This document shows positions 26,814-37,190 of a stretch of DNA of 51,854 bases, one piece after another; position 1 is the first letter of the stretch; the number at the start of each line of letters is the position of its first letter. The stretch spans positions 1 to 51,854 of the forward strand of contig JAZSRD010000034.1 in assembly GCA_045538295.1 (NCBI GenBank), written 5' to 3'. Origin of the DNA: Eubacteriales bacterium. Its GTDB lineage: Bacteria; Bacillota; Clostridia; Oscillospirales; QAKW01. The notes below the pieces were generated by a model, which saw nothing but the letters and a program-made list of their open reading frames with translations, searched no databases and was not told where the DNA came from. The position numbers and the translations under genes are program-made.

Positions 26814-26889
26814 TTGATTTTTTCTGTTTTTTTGGTATAATTTAAATCAAGTGGAGTCTAAATGGGTACAAAGTGTGTATCCAGTGGGT
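26814..26889 (+). promoter_or_regulatory. mraZ promoter followed by four MraZ-box-like direct repeats
   Basis: TTGATT-N16-TATAAT with TG; GTGGAG, ATGGGT, GTGTGT, GTGGGT at 26851, 26862, 26873, 26884. Confidence 0.65.
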
Positions 26890-26913
26890 AAAAAACAGAA
26901 AGGAGGTACATAC

Positions 26914-27339
26914 ATGGCTTATCTAACCGGCTACTATGAAAATTTCGTAGACGAAAAAGGTCGCGCAATTTTACCCAAAGAGTTCAAAGAGCTAATGGGC
27001 AGTGATCTGGTGTTAACCCGTGGGTTGGATGATTGCGTGTATGTGCTCACCCGTGAATCCTGGCTGGAGCTGCAGAATAAACTATCTGCCATGCCCATGT
27101 CCAAGGGGCGGGGCGTTTCTCTTTTCTTTAACGCCCATAAAAAGGACGTTGCGCCCGATAAGCAGGGGCGGATCCAATTACCCCTTAAATTACGTGAGAT
27201 TGCAGCCATCGAAGGTAAGGCGATCATTGTGGGCAACGGCAACCGGGTTGAAATTTGGAATCCTGATCGTTATGCCGCTATCGAAGCAAAGATGGATAGT
27301 GAAAGCATCGTTGCCGCCATGGATGAACTGGGCTTCTAA
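26914..27339 (+). CDS. mraZ: Transcriptional regulator MraZ
   Basis: DEKGR and DKQGR repeats; AGGAGG RBS supports ATG 26914. Confidence 0.95.
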   Translation: MAYLTGYYENFVDEKGRAILPKEFKELMGSDLVLTRGLDDCVYVLTRESWLELQNKLSAMPMSKGRGVSLFFNAHKKDVAPDKQGRIQLPLKLREIAAIEGKAIIVGNGNRVEIWNPDRYAAIEAKMDSESIVAAMDELGF

Positions 27340-28274
27340 TGAAAGCATTTGAACATTACAGTGTGATGGCGCAAGAGTGCATCAATGCCCTTGCCATCGA
27401 TCCAAACGGCATTTATGTGGATGCCACTTTGGGCGGCGGCGGGCACAGCAGCCTGATCGCAGAAAAATTGCAAAAAGGTCTGCTCATCGGCATCGATCAG
27501 GATCGGGATGCCATTACGGCGGCAACTGCACGGCTGGCACCCTATGGGGAGCGCTTTCGGGCAGTAAAATCCAATTTTGCATCTCTTAAATCGGTGCTGG
27601 ATGCCGAGGGTATTCCTGCCATCAACGGAATATTATTCGATTTAGGCGTTTCCAGTTTCCAGCTGGATGAAGAGAGCCGCGGCTTTTCTTACCGATTCGA
27701 TGCCCCTTTGGATATGCGGATGGATCGGGAAAGCCCCTTGGATGCCTATCAGGTGGTCAACACCTATTCCAAAGAGCAGTTAACCGAAATTTTGTACCGC
27801 TACGGTGAGGAGCGCATGAGCCCTCGGATCGCCGCCGCTATCTGCCGGCAGCGGGAGCAGGCACCCATTGAAACCACCGGCCAGTTGGTACAGATCATCG
27901 AAAAAGTATTCCCCCCCAAGGAGCGTTACGGCAATAAACATCCTGCCAAGCGCACCTTTCAGGCTATTCGCATTGAGGTCAATGGGGAGTTGAAAATATT
28001 AGAGCAGGCTCTGCGGGATGCCGTGGAGGTGCTCAAGCCCGGCGGACGGATCGCGGTGATGACCTTCCATTCCCTGGAAGATCGCATTGTGAAAAATGTA
28101 TTTGCCGATCTGGCAACGGGCTGTATCTGCAATAAAAATTTACCGGTGTGTGTTTGCGGACGCAAGCCGGTGGTAAAGCAGATCACCCATAAACCCATCA
28201 CTGCCGCCCCGGAAGAGTTGGCAGAAAATAACCGCTCCAAGCCGGCAAAGCTGCGGGTGGCGGAAAAAAAGTAA
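27339..28274 (+). CDS. rsmH: 16S rRNA C1402 N4-methyltransferase RsmH
   Basis: DATLGGGGHS, DLGVSSFQLD, PLDMRMD, FHSLEDRIVK. Confidence 0.97.
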   Translation: MKAFEHYSVMAQECINALAIDPNGIYVDATLGGGGHSSLIAEKLQKGLLIGIDQDRDAITAATARLAPYGERFRAVKSNFASLKSVLDAEGIPAINGILFDLGVSSFQLDEESRGFSYRFDAPLDMRMDRESPLDAYQVVNTYSKEQLTEILYRYGEERMSPRIAAAICRQREQAPIETTGQLVQIIEKVFPPKERYGNKHPAKRTFQAIRIEVNGELKILEQALRDAVEVLKPGGRIAVMTFHSLEDRIVKNVFADLATGCICNKNLPVCVCGRKPVVKQITHKPITAAPEELAENNRSKPAKLRVAEKK

Positions 28275-28291
28275 CTTCAAGGAGGAACCCC

Positions 28292-28678
28292 ATGAGAAAA
28301 TTTAATATCCACGGTCTTCGCCGTCCGGTATTACTGGTGATCATCTTGTTTTTATTGATCGGCGGATATCTTTTATACAGTCATATTGCTCTCAATGAGG
28401 TTTCCAGCAACCTGTTGGCTGCCAAAGCCGATCTAACCAAACTGGAAGGCGAGGCGGATGTGCTGCAGGTTTCCATCGATAGCAAAAACTCCATCGACGA
28501 GATCGAGCGGATCGCCACCGATGAGTTGGGCATGGTGAAGATCGAGAATTATCAGATCCAAACCATCAACCTGCTTACCGACGACACGGTAGAGATCATT
28601 AAAGATGAACCTACCGATAGCAGCTGGTGGGACGGCGTTGTGGCAGAATTCAATATTCTTTTGGAATATCTGAGTTAA
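28292..28678 (+). CDS. ftsL: Cell division protein FtsL-like
   Basis: Single TM, coiled coil, IERIATDELGM motif; position after rsmH. Confidence 0.72.
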   Translation: MRKFNIHGLRRPVLLVIILFLLIGGYLLYSHIALNEVSSNLLAAKADLTKLEGEADVLQVSIDSKNSIDEIERIATDELGMVKIENYQIQTINLLTDDTVEIIKDEPTDSSWWDGVVAEFNILLEYLS

Positions 28679-28851
28679 CCGTTAATAGGATAAAAGTGAA
28701 ACGAGAGTAGGAAATTATTTCTTGCTCTCATTTTGCGCTTTATATGGAGAGGAATTTTTGGTGAAATTTGACATCAAAAATCAGCAAAAACCAAAAAGTG
28801 TAATTTTACACCAAGTTTTAAACCGTATTTCCGGTAGAAAGGAACCGCCCA

Positions 28852-31083
28852 ATGGGAAAAGGACCAAGTAGATCCATGGTGCGTCGCAGCACCGTTATGC
28901 TGGCAGTTTTTGCAGTGGCACTGTTGCTTTGGTTGGCAGGCATGCTGGTGAAATATCAGATCGTTAATTACAGTTATTATCAAACAAAAGCCATTGCCCA
29001 GCAAACAATGGATACCACCCTTTCTGCAAACCGTGGCACGATCTATAGCCGTAACTATACAGCCCTTGCCGTTTCGGCATCGGTGGAAACGGTATATCTT
29101 GCCCCTAATTCCATCGATAAAACAGACGAACAACTTTGCCGTAAAATTGCATCCGGGCTTGCGGAAATTTTAGAGGTGGACGAAGAAACCGTCTATGAAA
29201 AAACACAAAAAAATAATTATTATGAGATCGTAAAACGCCGTATCGAAACGGAAACTGCCGACCTGGTGCGGGAGTTTATAGATGAAAACGATCTTTCCGG
29301 GATCCATTTGGTGGAGGATACCAAGCGGTATTATCCCTATAATAGCCTGGCTTGCCATATTTTAGGCTTTACCGGTACCGATAATGTGGGCTTGGACGGA
29401 ATCGAATCCATCTACAACGAGTACCTGCAAGGCACCTCCGGCAAATTGATCACTGCAAAAAATGCGGTGGGTACGGAACTGCCTTTTGAATACGAAACCT
29501 ATGTGGAGGCGGAAAACGGAAAAAATGTGGTACTCACCATCGACGAAACGGTGCAGTACTATTTGGAAAAACACCTGCAGGAAGCACGGCAGGAGCAAAA
29601 ATGCCTGGAGGGTGCCGCCGGTATTGTGATGAATGTAAAGACCGGCGAGATTCTGGGCATGGCATCTTTTCCCAACTATAATCCCAATGAATATTACACC
29701 ATTACCGACGAAATGGTGCTGGACTCTCTTTCTGCCCTGGAGGGAGAAGAATTAGAGGCAGAAACCAACGCATACCGCAATAAGATCTGGCGGAATAAAT
29801 GCACGGTAGATACTTATATGCCCGGTTCTACTTTTAAGATCGTAACCCTCTCCATGGCGTTGGAAGAAGGCGTGCTTTCTTTGGGGAATACCTTTAGTTG
29901 CCCCGGCTATATCCGGGTTGCCGACCGTACCATCCGCTGCTGGAAGAGCGGCGGACATGGGCATCAGACTCTGGCGCAGGCGATCCAAAACTCCTGCAAT
30001 CCCGCCTTTATCAGCATCGGCGCCATGATGGGCAACGATAAGTTTTATGAATACTATAAAAACTTCGGCTTCACCGAAAGAACCGGTGTGGATCTGAGCG
30101 GCGAATCCTCCGGCATTTGGTTTTCCACCTTCCAGGAGGTGGAATTGGCAACCGCCGCTTTCGGGCAGAACTTTAAGATCACCCCTTTGCAGATGATCAC
30201 GGCAGTGGCGGCAGCCAGCAACGGCGGTCACCTCATCACCCCCCATGTGGTTAAGGAAATTACCGAAACCCAGGAGGACGGCACGGAAAAGGTGGTTAAA
30301 AGCTTTGAAACCACCGTAAAACGTCAGGTGATCTCCGAAGAAACCAGCGATCTGGTGTGCAACCTTTTGGAAGAGGTGGTTACCGTGGGCTCCGGTAAAA
30401 ATGCCTATGTAAAGGGCTACCGGGTAGCAGGTAAAACCGGCACATCGGAGAAGATCGACGATTATGTGGCAACCGGCGAAAAGAATTATATTTCTTCTTT
30501 CATCGGGTTTGCGCCGGCAGACGATCCGGAGTATGCCATTTTGGTGATGCTGGATAGCCCCAGTGCCGGCGAGATCTACGGCGGTATTATTGCCGCTCCG
30601 GTAGCAGGAGATATTTTAAGTGATATTTTGCCTTATTTAAGCGTACAGCCACAGTATACCGAGGAAGAATTGGCAACTCTGGATATTTCTGTTTCCTCTT
30701 ACCTGGATATGACCTTGGACGAGGCCACCGGGTACCTGATCGAGGATGAGATCAAATATAAGGTGGTGGGCAACGGCGATACCGTAACGGCGCAAATGCC
30801 CGAAGCGGGCACCACCATGCCCCAAAGCGGCACCATCATTTTGTATACCGGCGATAAAACACCTTCCAAGAATATCACCATTCCCAATCTGGTGGATTAT
30901 TCCGTTGCCGGTGCTACCAATCGGCTGGCACAGTCCGGCTTAACAGTGCGGGTAGTGGGCAACGAAAATGCCGGCTCCGATGCGCTGGTTATTTCCCAAT
31001 CGCCGGAAGCAGGCACCGTGGTATCGGAGGGGGCAGTGGTCACCATACGAACCAACAGTTCGGAGGGTGTATCGAGTATGTAG
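28852..31083 (+). CDS. Class B penicillin-binding protein (FtsI/SpoVD type) with two PASTA domains
   Basis: RGTIY, KRYYP, PGSTFK (SxxK), SCN, GKTGT; C-terminal PASTA repeats. Confidence 0.93.
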   Translation: MGKGPSRSMVRRSTVMLAVFAVALLLWLAGMLVKYQIVNYSYYQTKAIAQQTMDTTLSANRGTIYSRNYTALAVSASVETVYLAPNSIDKTDEQLCRKIASGLAEILEVDEETVYEKTQKNNYYEIVKRRIETETADLVREFIDENDLSGIHLVEDTKRYYPYNSLACHILGFTGTDNVGLDGIESIYNEYLQGTSGKLITAKNAVGTELPFEYETYVEAENGKNVVLTIDETVQYYLEKHLQEARQEQKCLEGAAGIVMNVKTGEILGMASFPNYNPNEYYTITDEMVLDSLSALEGEELEAETNAYRNKIWRNKCTVDTYMPGSTFKIVTLSMALEEGVLSLGNTFSCPGYIRVADRTIRCWKSGGHGHQTLAQAIQNSCNPAFISIGAMMGNDKFYEYYKNFGFTERTGVDLSGESSGIWFSTFQEVELATAAFGQNFKITPLQMITAVAAASNGGHLITPHVVKEITETQEDGTEKVVKSFETTVKRQVISEETSDLVCNLLEEVVTVGSGKNAYVKGYRVAGKTGTSEKIDDYVATGEKNYISSFIGFAPADDPEYAILVMLDSPSAGEIYGGIIAAPVAGDILSDILPYLSVQPQYTEEELATLDISVSSYLDMTLDEATGYLIEDEIKYKVVGNGDTVTAQMPEAGTTMPQSGTIILYTGDKTPSKNITIPNLVDYSVAGATNRLAQSGLTVRVVGNENAGSDALVISQSPEAGTVVSEGAVVTIRTNSSEGVSSM

Positions 31084-31095
31084 GAGGGCTTTGAG

Positions 31096-32523
31096 ATGTT
31101 GTTATCGGAGCTTTTAAAAGGAATTGAAACCAAAAATACCTATACAGACCGGGAGATCACCGGCATTACCTTTGATTCCCGGGCGGTTAAAGAGGGCTAC
31201 TTGTTTGCCGCTATTCCCGGCGAGCAGGTGGATGGGCACAGTTTTGCCGGTAAAGCCGCCGAAAACGGAGCGGCTGTGATCCTGGCAGAACGCCCGGTAA
31301 ATGTTGGGGCGAACGAAGTGTTGGTTGAGTCTACCCGTTGGGCATTCCAGCTGGTGTGCGCCAATTATTTTGGGCACCCTGAAAAGAAAATGAAGTTTTT
31401 AGCGGTAACCGGTACCAACGGAAAAACCTCCACAACCCAGTTTATAAAAAGCATTTTGGACGGTTTGGGCGTAAAGGCAGGGCTTTTGGGCACCGTTCAA
31501 AATATGATCGGGGATCAAAGCTTCCCGGCAGCCTTTACCACCCCGGAGCCGTATCAGTTATTCTCCATTCTGCGGCAGATGCAGGATGCAGGGGTGGAAA
31601 CGGTGGTAATGGAAGTATCTTCCCAGGCCATGGACCAACGGCGGGTAGATAGCCTGCCTTTTGCCGTGGCAGGGTTTACCAACCTTACCCAGGACCATTT
31701 GGATTACCATAAAACCATGGAAAACTATAAAGAAGCCAAGGCGCGCTTATTTTCCATGGCAGATAAAAACGTATTTAATGCGGACGATGAAGCGGGGGTT
31801 GAACTGGCGAACCGTTTTGGCGGCATTACCTATTCTGCAAAAGGCAACGCCGATGTAACTGCCACGGAGATCGTGATGGATGTAACCGGTGTTTCCTATC
31901 GGCTGAATTGGGGGGAGAGATCGGCGCCGATCCATGTTTCTACCCCAGGGATGTTTACGGTACATAATACCCTTTGCGCCGCTTGTGTACTTTTTGGGGC
32001 AGGCTATTCTTTTGAAGAGGTTACTGCCGGGCTGAACCACATTCCCAAGGTGGCAGGCAGAGCCGAGATCATTACCGAGGGATACCCCTTTTCGGTGATG
32101 TTGGATTACGCCCATACCCCCGACGCTTTGGAAAATATCTTAACCACCATCCGTACTTATGTGCAGGGTAGGGTGGTAACCTTATTTGGTTGCGGCGGAG
32201 ATCGGGATCGCACCAAGCGCCCCTTAATGGCGGCAATGGCTGCCAAATACAGCGATTATTTGATCGTAACCTCCGATAATCCCCGCACCGAGGACCCCGC
32301 CGCCATTATTCAAGATGTTTTGGTGGGGCTGGAGGGCACAACAGTTCCCTATTCCGTGTTTGAAAACCGTAAAGAGGCCATTGGCTACGCCATTCAAAAT
32401 GCCCGTCCGGGAGATCTGATCCTGTTGGCAGGAAAAGGGCACGAAGATTATCAGATTTTAGGCACCACCAAGATCCATTTTGATGAAAAAGAGATAGTAA
32501 AGGAATTTTTGGAGCAATGCTAA
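31096..32523 (+). CDS. murE: UDP-MurNAc-tripeptide synthetase MurE (DAP-type)
   Basis: TGTNGKTS, MEVSS, DHLDYH, DYAHTPD, DNPR, AGKGHE. Confidence 0.96.
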   Translation: MLLSELLKGIETKNTYTDREITGITFDSRAVKEGYLFAAIPGEQVDGHSFAGKAAENGAAVILAERPVNVGANEVLVESTRWAFQLVCANYFGHPEKKMKFLAVTGTNGKTSTTQFIKSILDGLGVKAGLLGTVQNMIGDQSFPAAFTTPEPYQLFSILRQMQDAGVETVVMEVSSQAMDQRRVDSLPFAVAGFTNLTQDHLDYHKTMENYKEAKARLFSMADKNVFNADDEAGVELANRFGGITYSAKGNADVTATEIVMDVTGVSYRLNWGERSAPIHVSTPGMFTVHNTLCAACVLFGAGYSFEEVTAGLNHIPKVAGRAEIITEGYPFSVMLDYAHTPDALENILTTIRTYVQGRVVTLFGCGGDRDRTKRPLMAAMAAKYSDYLIVTSDNPRTEDPAAIIQDVLVGLEGTTVPYSVFENRKEAIGYAIQNARPGDLILLAGKGHEDYQILGTTKIHFDEKEIVKEFLEQC

Positions 32524-33857
32524 CTGTTCATAAAATCGCCAAAGTGCTGAATTTGCCGTTGCCCGAGGCAGATTTTTCCGTTGAAAGCGTTGTGACCGAT
32601 TCCCGCAAAGCGCAGGATGGCTGCCTGTTTGCCGCATTGGTGGGCGAGCGGGTAGACGGTCATAGCTTTATTTCTGCTTTGGATGAAAAATATCATAATA
32701 TTGTTTTCCTGGGCACAAAAACCTTGGAAAAAACCCTGAAAAATCCCTATTTTAAGGTGGAGGATGTGCGGGAAGCCCTGGGGCTTTTGGCAAAGGCTCA
32801 TTTAGCGGAACTGCCTGCCAAGGTTATTGCTGTAACCGGCAGTGTGGGCAAAACCACCACCAAGAATTTTATCCTCTCGGCGCTGGCCCCCGCTATGCAG
32901 GCATCCGGCACCCTGGGGAATATGAATAACGAGCTGGGTGTTCCCCTAACCGGGCTGGCTGTATCGGAAACAGATCAGGCGGCAGTAATCGAAATGGGGA
33001 TGCGGGGCCTGGGTCAGATCCATTACCTCACCCAGTTTATCACCCCTTACGTGGCGGTGGTCACCAATATCGGTGTGGCGCACCTGGAACTGCTGAAAAG
33101 CCGGGTAAATATTGCTCGTGCCAAGCTGGAATTGGTGGATGCCTTGCCGGCAGGCGGCAAAGCTTTGTTAAACGGGGATGAGCCCCTTCTTTACGGTGCC
33201 CGCCCTCAAAAGGAATGCTATTATTTTGGCTTATCGTCGCAAAACCATTACCGTGCTGAAGATCTTTGCGGCAATCGATTTACCCTCTGCTACCCCGGCG
33301 GTAAACTTGATGTTACACTGCAGGTGGAGGGGGAGCATCAGGTAATGAACGCCCTGGCAGCATTCGGTGCCGGGCATTTGCTGGGCATTGCACCGGAAAA
33401 ACTTAAAGAGGGAATTGAGTCCTTCACCGGCGACGGACGCCGTCAGTTCACCGAAACGGTGGGCGGTGTTACAGTGATCGACGATACCTATAACGCTTCT
33501 CCCGATTCCATGGCGGCGGCATTAAAGGTGCTGGCATCCAAGCCGGGTAAACGGATCGCCGTGCTGGGAGATATGCTGGAGCTGGGCAGTTACGAAAAGC
33601 AAGGGCATAAAGATGTGGGCGTTCTTTGCGGCACCTTAGAGATCGATTGCGTTATCGCAGTAGGCATGCGGGCAAGAACCCTTTACGATGCCTTGCCCGC
33701 CCAAACGGAAAAGTATTATGCGCCCGATCGGGACGCTGCAATTCCTCTGCTGGAGCAGGTTGTTTCCAGGGGAGATACCGTGCTGTTTAAAGCCTCCAAT
33801 TCCATGGGCTTTGATCAATTGGCAGCGGCATTAAAAGAAAGGATGGGTAAAAAATGA
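32517..33857 (+). CDS. murF: UDP-MurNAc-tripeptide:D-Ala-D-Ala ligase MurF
   Basis: TGSVGKTTTK, NNELGVP, DDTYNASP, GDMLELG. Confidence 0.96.
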   Translation: MLTVHKIAKVLNLPLPEADFSVESVVTDSRKAQDGCLFAALVGERVDGHSFISALDEKYHNIVFLGTKTLEKTLKNPYFKVEDVREALGLLAKAHLAELPAKVIAVTGSVGKTTTKNFILSALAPAMQASGTLGNMNNELGVPLTGLAVSETDQAAVIEMGMRGLGQIHYLTQFITPYVAVVTNIGVAHLELLKSRVNIARAKLELVDALPAGGKALLNGDEPLLYGARPQKECYYFGLSSQNHYRAEDLCGNRFTLCYPGGKLDVTLQVEGEHQVMNALAAFGAGHLLGIAPEKLKEGIESFTGDGRRQFTETVGGVTVIDDTYNASPDSMAAALKVLASKPGKRIAVLGDMLELGSYEKQGHKDVGVLCGTLEIDCVIAVGMRARTLYDALPAQTEKYYAPDRDAAIPLLEQVVSRGDTVLFKASNSMGFDQLAAALKERMGKK

Positions 33858-34867
33858 ATTATTGGTTGATATTAGTTGCCCTTGCGGCAAGCTTTTTGTT
33901 GGCATTGTTGCTGGCACCTTGGATTCTGCCCCTGCTGCGGCGGCTGAAATGCTCCGGCAGTATTTTAGAGGCAGGTCCTGCCTGGCATAAGGAAACCAAG
34001 CAGGGAACCCCTATTATGGGTGGCTTGATCTTTATTATTCCCACGATTTTGATCACACTGATCCTGGGCACCTCGGAAATGCTTCGGGGAGATTACCGTT
34101 TGCTGATCTGCCTGGTGTTTGCGATCCTGTGCGGGGCGGTAGGTTTTGCCGATGATTATGTGAAAGTGGTAAAAAAGCGCAACAAAGGGCTTTCGGTATT
34201 GCAAAAAACCTTGCCCTTAATGCTGTTTATTGCTCTTTTCTTGGGCACCTTGTATACCGCTAATATCATTACAGATACTATTTTTATTCCCTATCTGAAC
34301 CTGCGGATCCATTTGTATTATTTCTATTTTCTGCTGATGATCCCCATGGTGTTCTTCTTTGTGAATTCCGTTAATCTAACCGATGGTTTGGACGGTCTTG
34401 TTACCGGTGTTTCCCTGCCCTATACCATTTCTTTTATGGTGATCGGTTTCTTTTTCTCCTCTGCCGGCAACAATACCGGCATCACCCTTTTTGCCGCCGC
34501 CCTTACCGGGGGGCTGGCAGCCTTCCTGATCTATAATTTCCACCCGGCAAAGGTGTTTATGGGCGATACCGGCTCCCTCTTTTTGGGGGCGGCAGTGGTA
34601 GCGCTTGCCATGGCTTACGATATGCCCTATTTCATTATTATCGGCGGGATTATGTACCTGATCGAAGGTCTTTCCGTGGTGTTGCAGGTTGGTTTTTATA
34701 AGATTACTCACGGTAAGCGGATCTTTAAAATGACGCCTATCCATCACCATTTTGAAATGTGCGGCTGGTCCGAGGTAAAGATCGTTTCCGTTTTTACCGC
34801 TATTAGTGCAGTAGGGTGCCTGCTGGCACTGTGGGGCATGTTCTATTACCGCTATTTTAACGTTTGA
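33854..34867 (+). CDS. mraY: Phospho-MurNAc-pentapeptide transferase MraY
   Basis: GTPIMGG, NLTDGLDGL, FMGDTGSL, PIHHHFE. Confidence 0.97.
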   Translation: MNYWLILVALAASFLLALLLAPWILPLLRRLKCSGSILEAGPAWHKETKQGTPIMGGLIFIIPTILITLILGTSEMLRGDYRLLICLVFAILCGAVGFADDYVKVVKKRNKGLSVLQKTLPLMLFIALFLGTLYTANIITDTIFIPYLNLRIHLYYFYFLLMIPMVFFFVNSVNLTDGLDGLVTGVSLPYTISFMVIGFFFSSAGNNTGITLFAAALTGGLAAFLIYNFHPAKVFMGDTGSLFLGAAVVALAMAYDMPYFIIIGGIMYLIEGLSVVLQVGFYKITHGKRIFKMTPIHHHFEMCGWSEVKIVSVFTAISAVGCLLALWGMFYYRYFNV

Positions 34868-34894
34868 TCTCATTTTATAATCTCACTTTGGGAG

Positions 34895-36058
34895 GTGAAC
34901 CTTTTGGCAAATCAAAAGGTAAAAAAATCAAATAACTGGTTTGTCAAAAAGGGCGAAGCAGGCGGCATTGATATTGTATTTTTAATTTTGGTGCTGTGCT
35001 TGCTGACATTTGGCTTGATCATGGTGGCGTCGTCCAGCTATGTGGCGGCACTGTATAAATATGGAGATAGCTACCACTATATTAAACGCCAGTTGATCTT
35101 CGCCGTAACCGGGGTGGCGTTTATGTTGATCGTACCCCGATTGGATTATCATGTACTGCGCCGTTATTCCTTGTTGATACTGGTCGTTTCGCTGATCATG
35201 CTGGCGTTGGTCTTGGTTCCCGGCATTGGTATTAAGGTAAACGGTGCCCGCCGCTGGCTGGGCTTTGGCAGTTTCCGTTTTCAGCCCAGTGAGATTGCGA
35301 AATTGGCAGTCATTTTAGTGTTTTCCTCTTATATATCCGCCAATTATAAACGTATGAAGGATATTAAAGTGGGTATTTTATTGCCTGCATTGGTGTTGCT
35401 GGTGGTATGCGGCTTGGTGGTTGCGGAGCCGCATATGTCCGGTGCCATTCTTATTTTTCTGGTAGGGGTCGTAATGATCTTTGTGGGCGGTGCAGATCTG
35501 CGCTGGTTTTTGGGGATCGGCGCCACCGGCGCCACGGCGTTGGCGGGATTTATTTTCCTAACCCCTTATGCCAAAGGGCGTATCGATACCTGGCTTAATC
35601 CTTTTGCCGATCCCACCGGCGATGGCTTTCAGACCATTCAGTCCCTTTACGCCATCGGCAGCGGCGGCTTACTGGGGCTTGGCTTGGGTCAATCCCGCCA
35701 AAAGTATCTCTATATCCCGGAGCCGCAAAACGACTATATTTTTTCTATTGTGTGTGAGGAATTGGGATTTATCGGTGCCGTTATGGTGATCGTGCTGTTC
35801 GTACTGTTGATCTGGCGGGGCTTTGTGATCGCCTACCACGCCAAGGATAAATTCGGTTCCCTTTTGGTGGTGGGTATCATTTCCCGTGTTGCCATTCAAA
35901 CAGTGCTGAACATTGCGGTGGTAACCAATTCCATTCCGCCCACCGGCATCAGCTTGCCATTCTTTAGCTATGGCGGTACCGCCCTGTGGGTGTTGTTGGT
36001 CGAGATGGGAATTGTTTTGGCGGTATCCCGCCATTCAAGATTGGAGACAAATGCATGA
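34895..36058 (+). CDS. ftsW: SEDS family protein FtsW/SpoVE
   Basis: GARRWL, FQPSEIAK, PEPQNDYIF, LPFFSYGGT; GTG start. Confidence 0.93.
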   Translation: MNLLANQKVKKSNNWFVKKGEAGGIDIVFLILVLCLLTFGLIMVASSSYVAALYKYGDSYHYIKRQLIFAVTGVAFMLIVPRLDYHVLRRYSLLILVVSLIMLALVLVPGIGIKVNGARRWLGFGSFRFQPSEIAKLAVILVFSSYISANYKRMKDIKVGILLPALVLLVVCGLVVAEPHMSGAILIFLVGVVMIFVGGADLRWFLGIGATGATALAGFIFLTPYAKGRIDTWLNPFADPTGDGFQTIQSLYAIGSGGLLGLGLGQSRQKYLYIPEPQNDYIFSIVCEELGFIGAVMVIVLFVLLIWRGFVIAYHAKDKFGSLLVVGIISRVAIQTVLNIAVVTNSIPPTGISLPFFSYGGTALWVLLVEMGIVLAVSRHSRLETNA

Positions 36059-37170
36059 GAGTGATTTTAGCAGGCGGCGGCACGGCGGGGCATTGTAACC
36101 CTGCCCTTGCCATTGCCGGGATCATAAAAGCAAAAAATAAGGATGCCGAGATCTTATTCATAGGGAATGCAGGGCAGATCGAAGAGACCTTGGTTGCCAA
36201 GGCAGGCTACCCTTTTAAAGCGGTTAAAACCCAGGGCTTTCGCCGTAAGCTGACTCTGGATAATGTAAAGACCGTGCAACTGTACTTAAAAGCAAGATCC
36301 GATTGTAAAAAGATCATACGGGAATTTCAGCCCGACGTGGTGATCGGTACCGGCGGTTATGTGTCCGGGCCGGTGGTGGCTGCTGCTCAAAGCTTAGGGG
36401 TGCCCACCTGTATCCATGAGCAAAACGCCTATCCCGGGGTTACCAGCAAAATGTTGGCGGGGAAGGCAGATATTGTATTTATCAGTTTTCCCGGCAGTGA
36501 GCAGTATTTCGGCAAGGTAAAAAAGATGATCCTTACCGGCAATCCCCTGCGGGAAGAGGTGCTTACCACAGAGCGGGAGGAGGCAAGGGCCCAGCTGGGA
36601 ATCCCTGCCGATGGCTTTTATCTGCTCTCCTTTGCCGGTAGTTTAGGCGCCCTGGAGATCAACCGTGCCATGGTGGATTTTATTGCGGAAAACGCCAAGA
36701 AAAAGGATTTTTATCATACCCATGCCACCGGTCAACGGGGCTGGAACTGGATGCCGGATGCCTTGCTGGAAAAGGGTGTTGATGTTCATAAAAAAGGGGC
36801 AATATCAGTGCAGCCATATCTGTATGATATGCCCATCCATTTGGCGGCGGCAGATGCGGTGATCAGCCGTGCCGGCGCTATCACCTTGGGGGAACTTACC
36901 GCCTTGGGTAAACCGGCAGTGCTGATTCCCTCTCCCAATGTGACCCATAATCATCAATATTATAACGCCCGCTCCCTTTCCGATCGGGGCGGTGCGCTAC
37001 TGCTGGAAGAAAAGGATCTTTCTGCCCGGAAACTTTACGAAATGATCCTGGGCCTGAAAGAACATCCGGAGCGTTGCAAAGCCCTGGGGCAGCAAGCACA
37101 AAAATTGGCGTTGCCTGAGGCGGCAGAAATAATCTACGGAGAAGTTTATCAACTTATTCATCAGAAATGA
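36055..37170 (+). CDS. murG: GlcNAc transferase MurG
   Basis: AGGGTAGH, GTGGYVSGP, HEQN, GSLGA; start moved to ATG 36055 (ATGA overlap with ftsW). Confidence 0.96.
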   Translation: MRVILAGGGTAGHCNPALAIAGIIKAKNKDAEILFIGNAGQIEETLVAKAGYPFKAVKTQGFRRKLTLDNVKTVQLYLKARSDCKKIIREFQPDVVIGTGGYVSGPVVAAAQSLGVPTCIHEQNAYPGVTSKMLAGKADIVFISFPGSEQYFGKVKKMILTGNPLREEVLTTEREEARAQLGIPADGFYLLSFAGSLGALEINRAMVDFIAENAKKKDFYHTHATGQRGWNWMPDALLEKGVDVHKKGAISVQPYLYDMPIHLAAADAVISRAGAITLGELTALGKPAVLIPSPNVTHNHQYYNARSLSDRGGALLLEEKDLSARKLYEMILGLKEHPERCKALGQQAQKLALPEAAEIIYGEVYQLIHQK

Positions 37171-37190
37171 TGTGAAAGGAAGTTAAAAGA

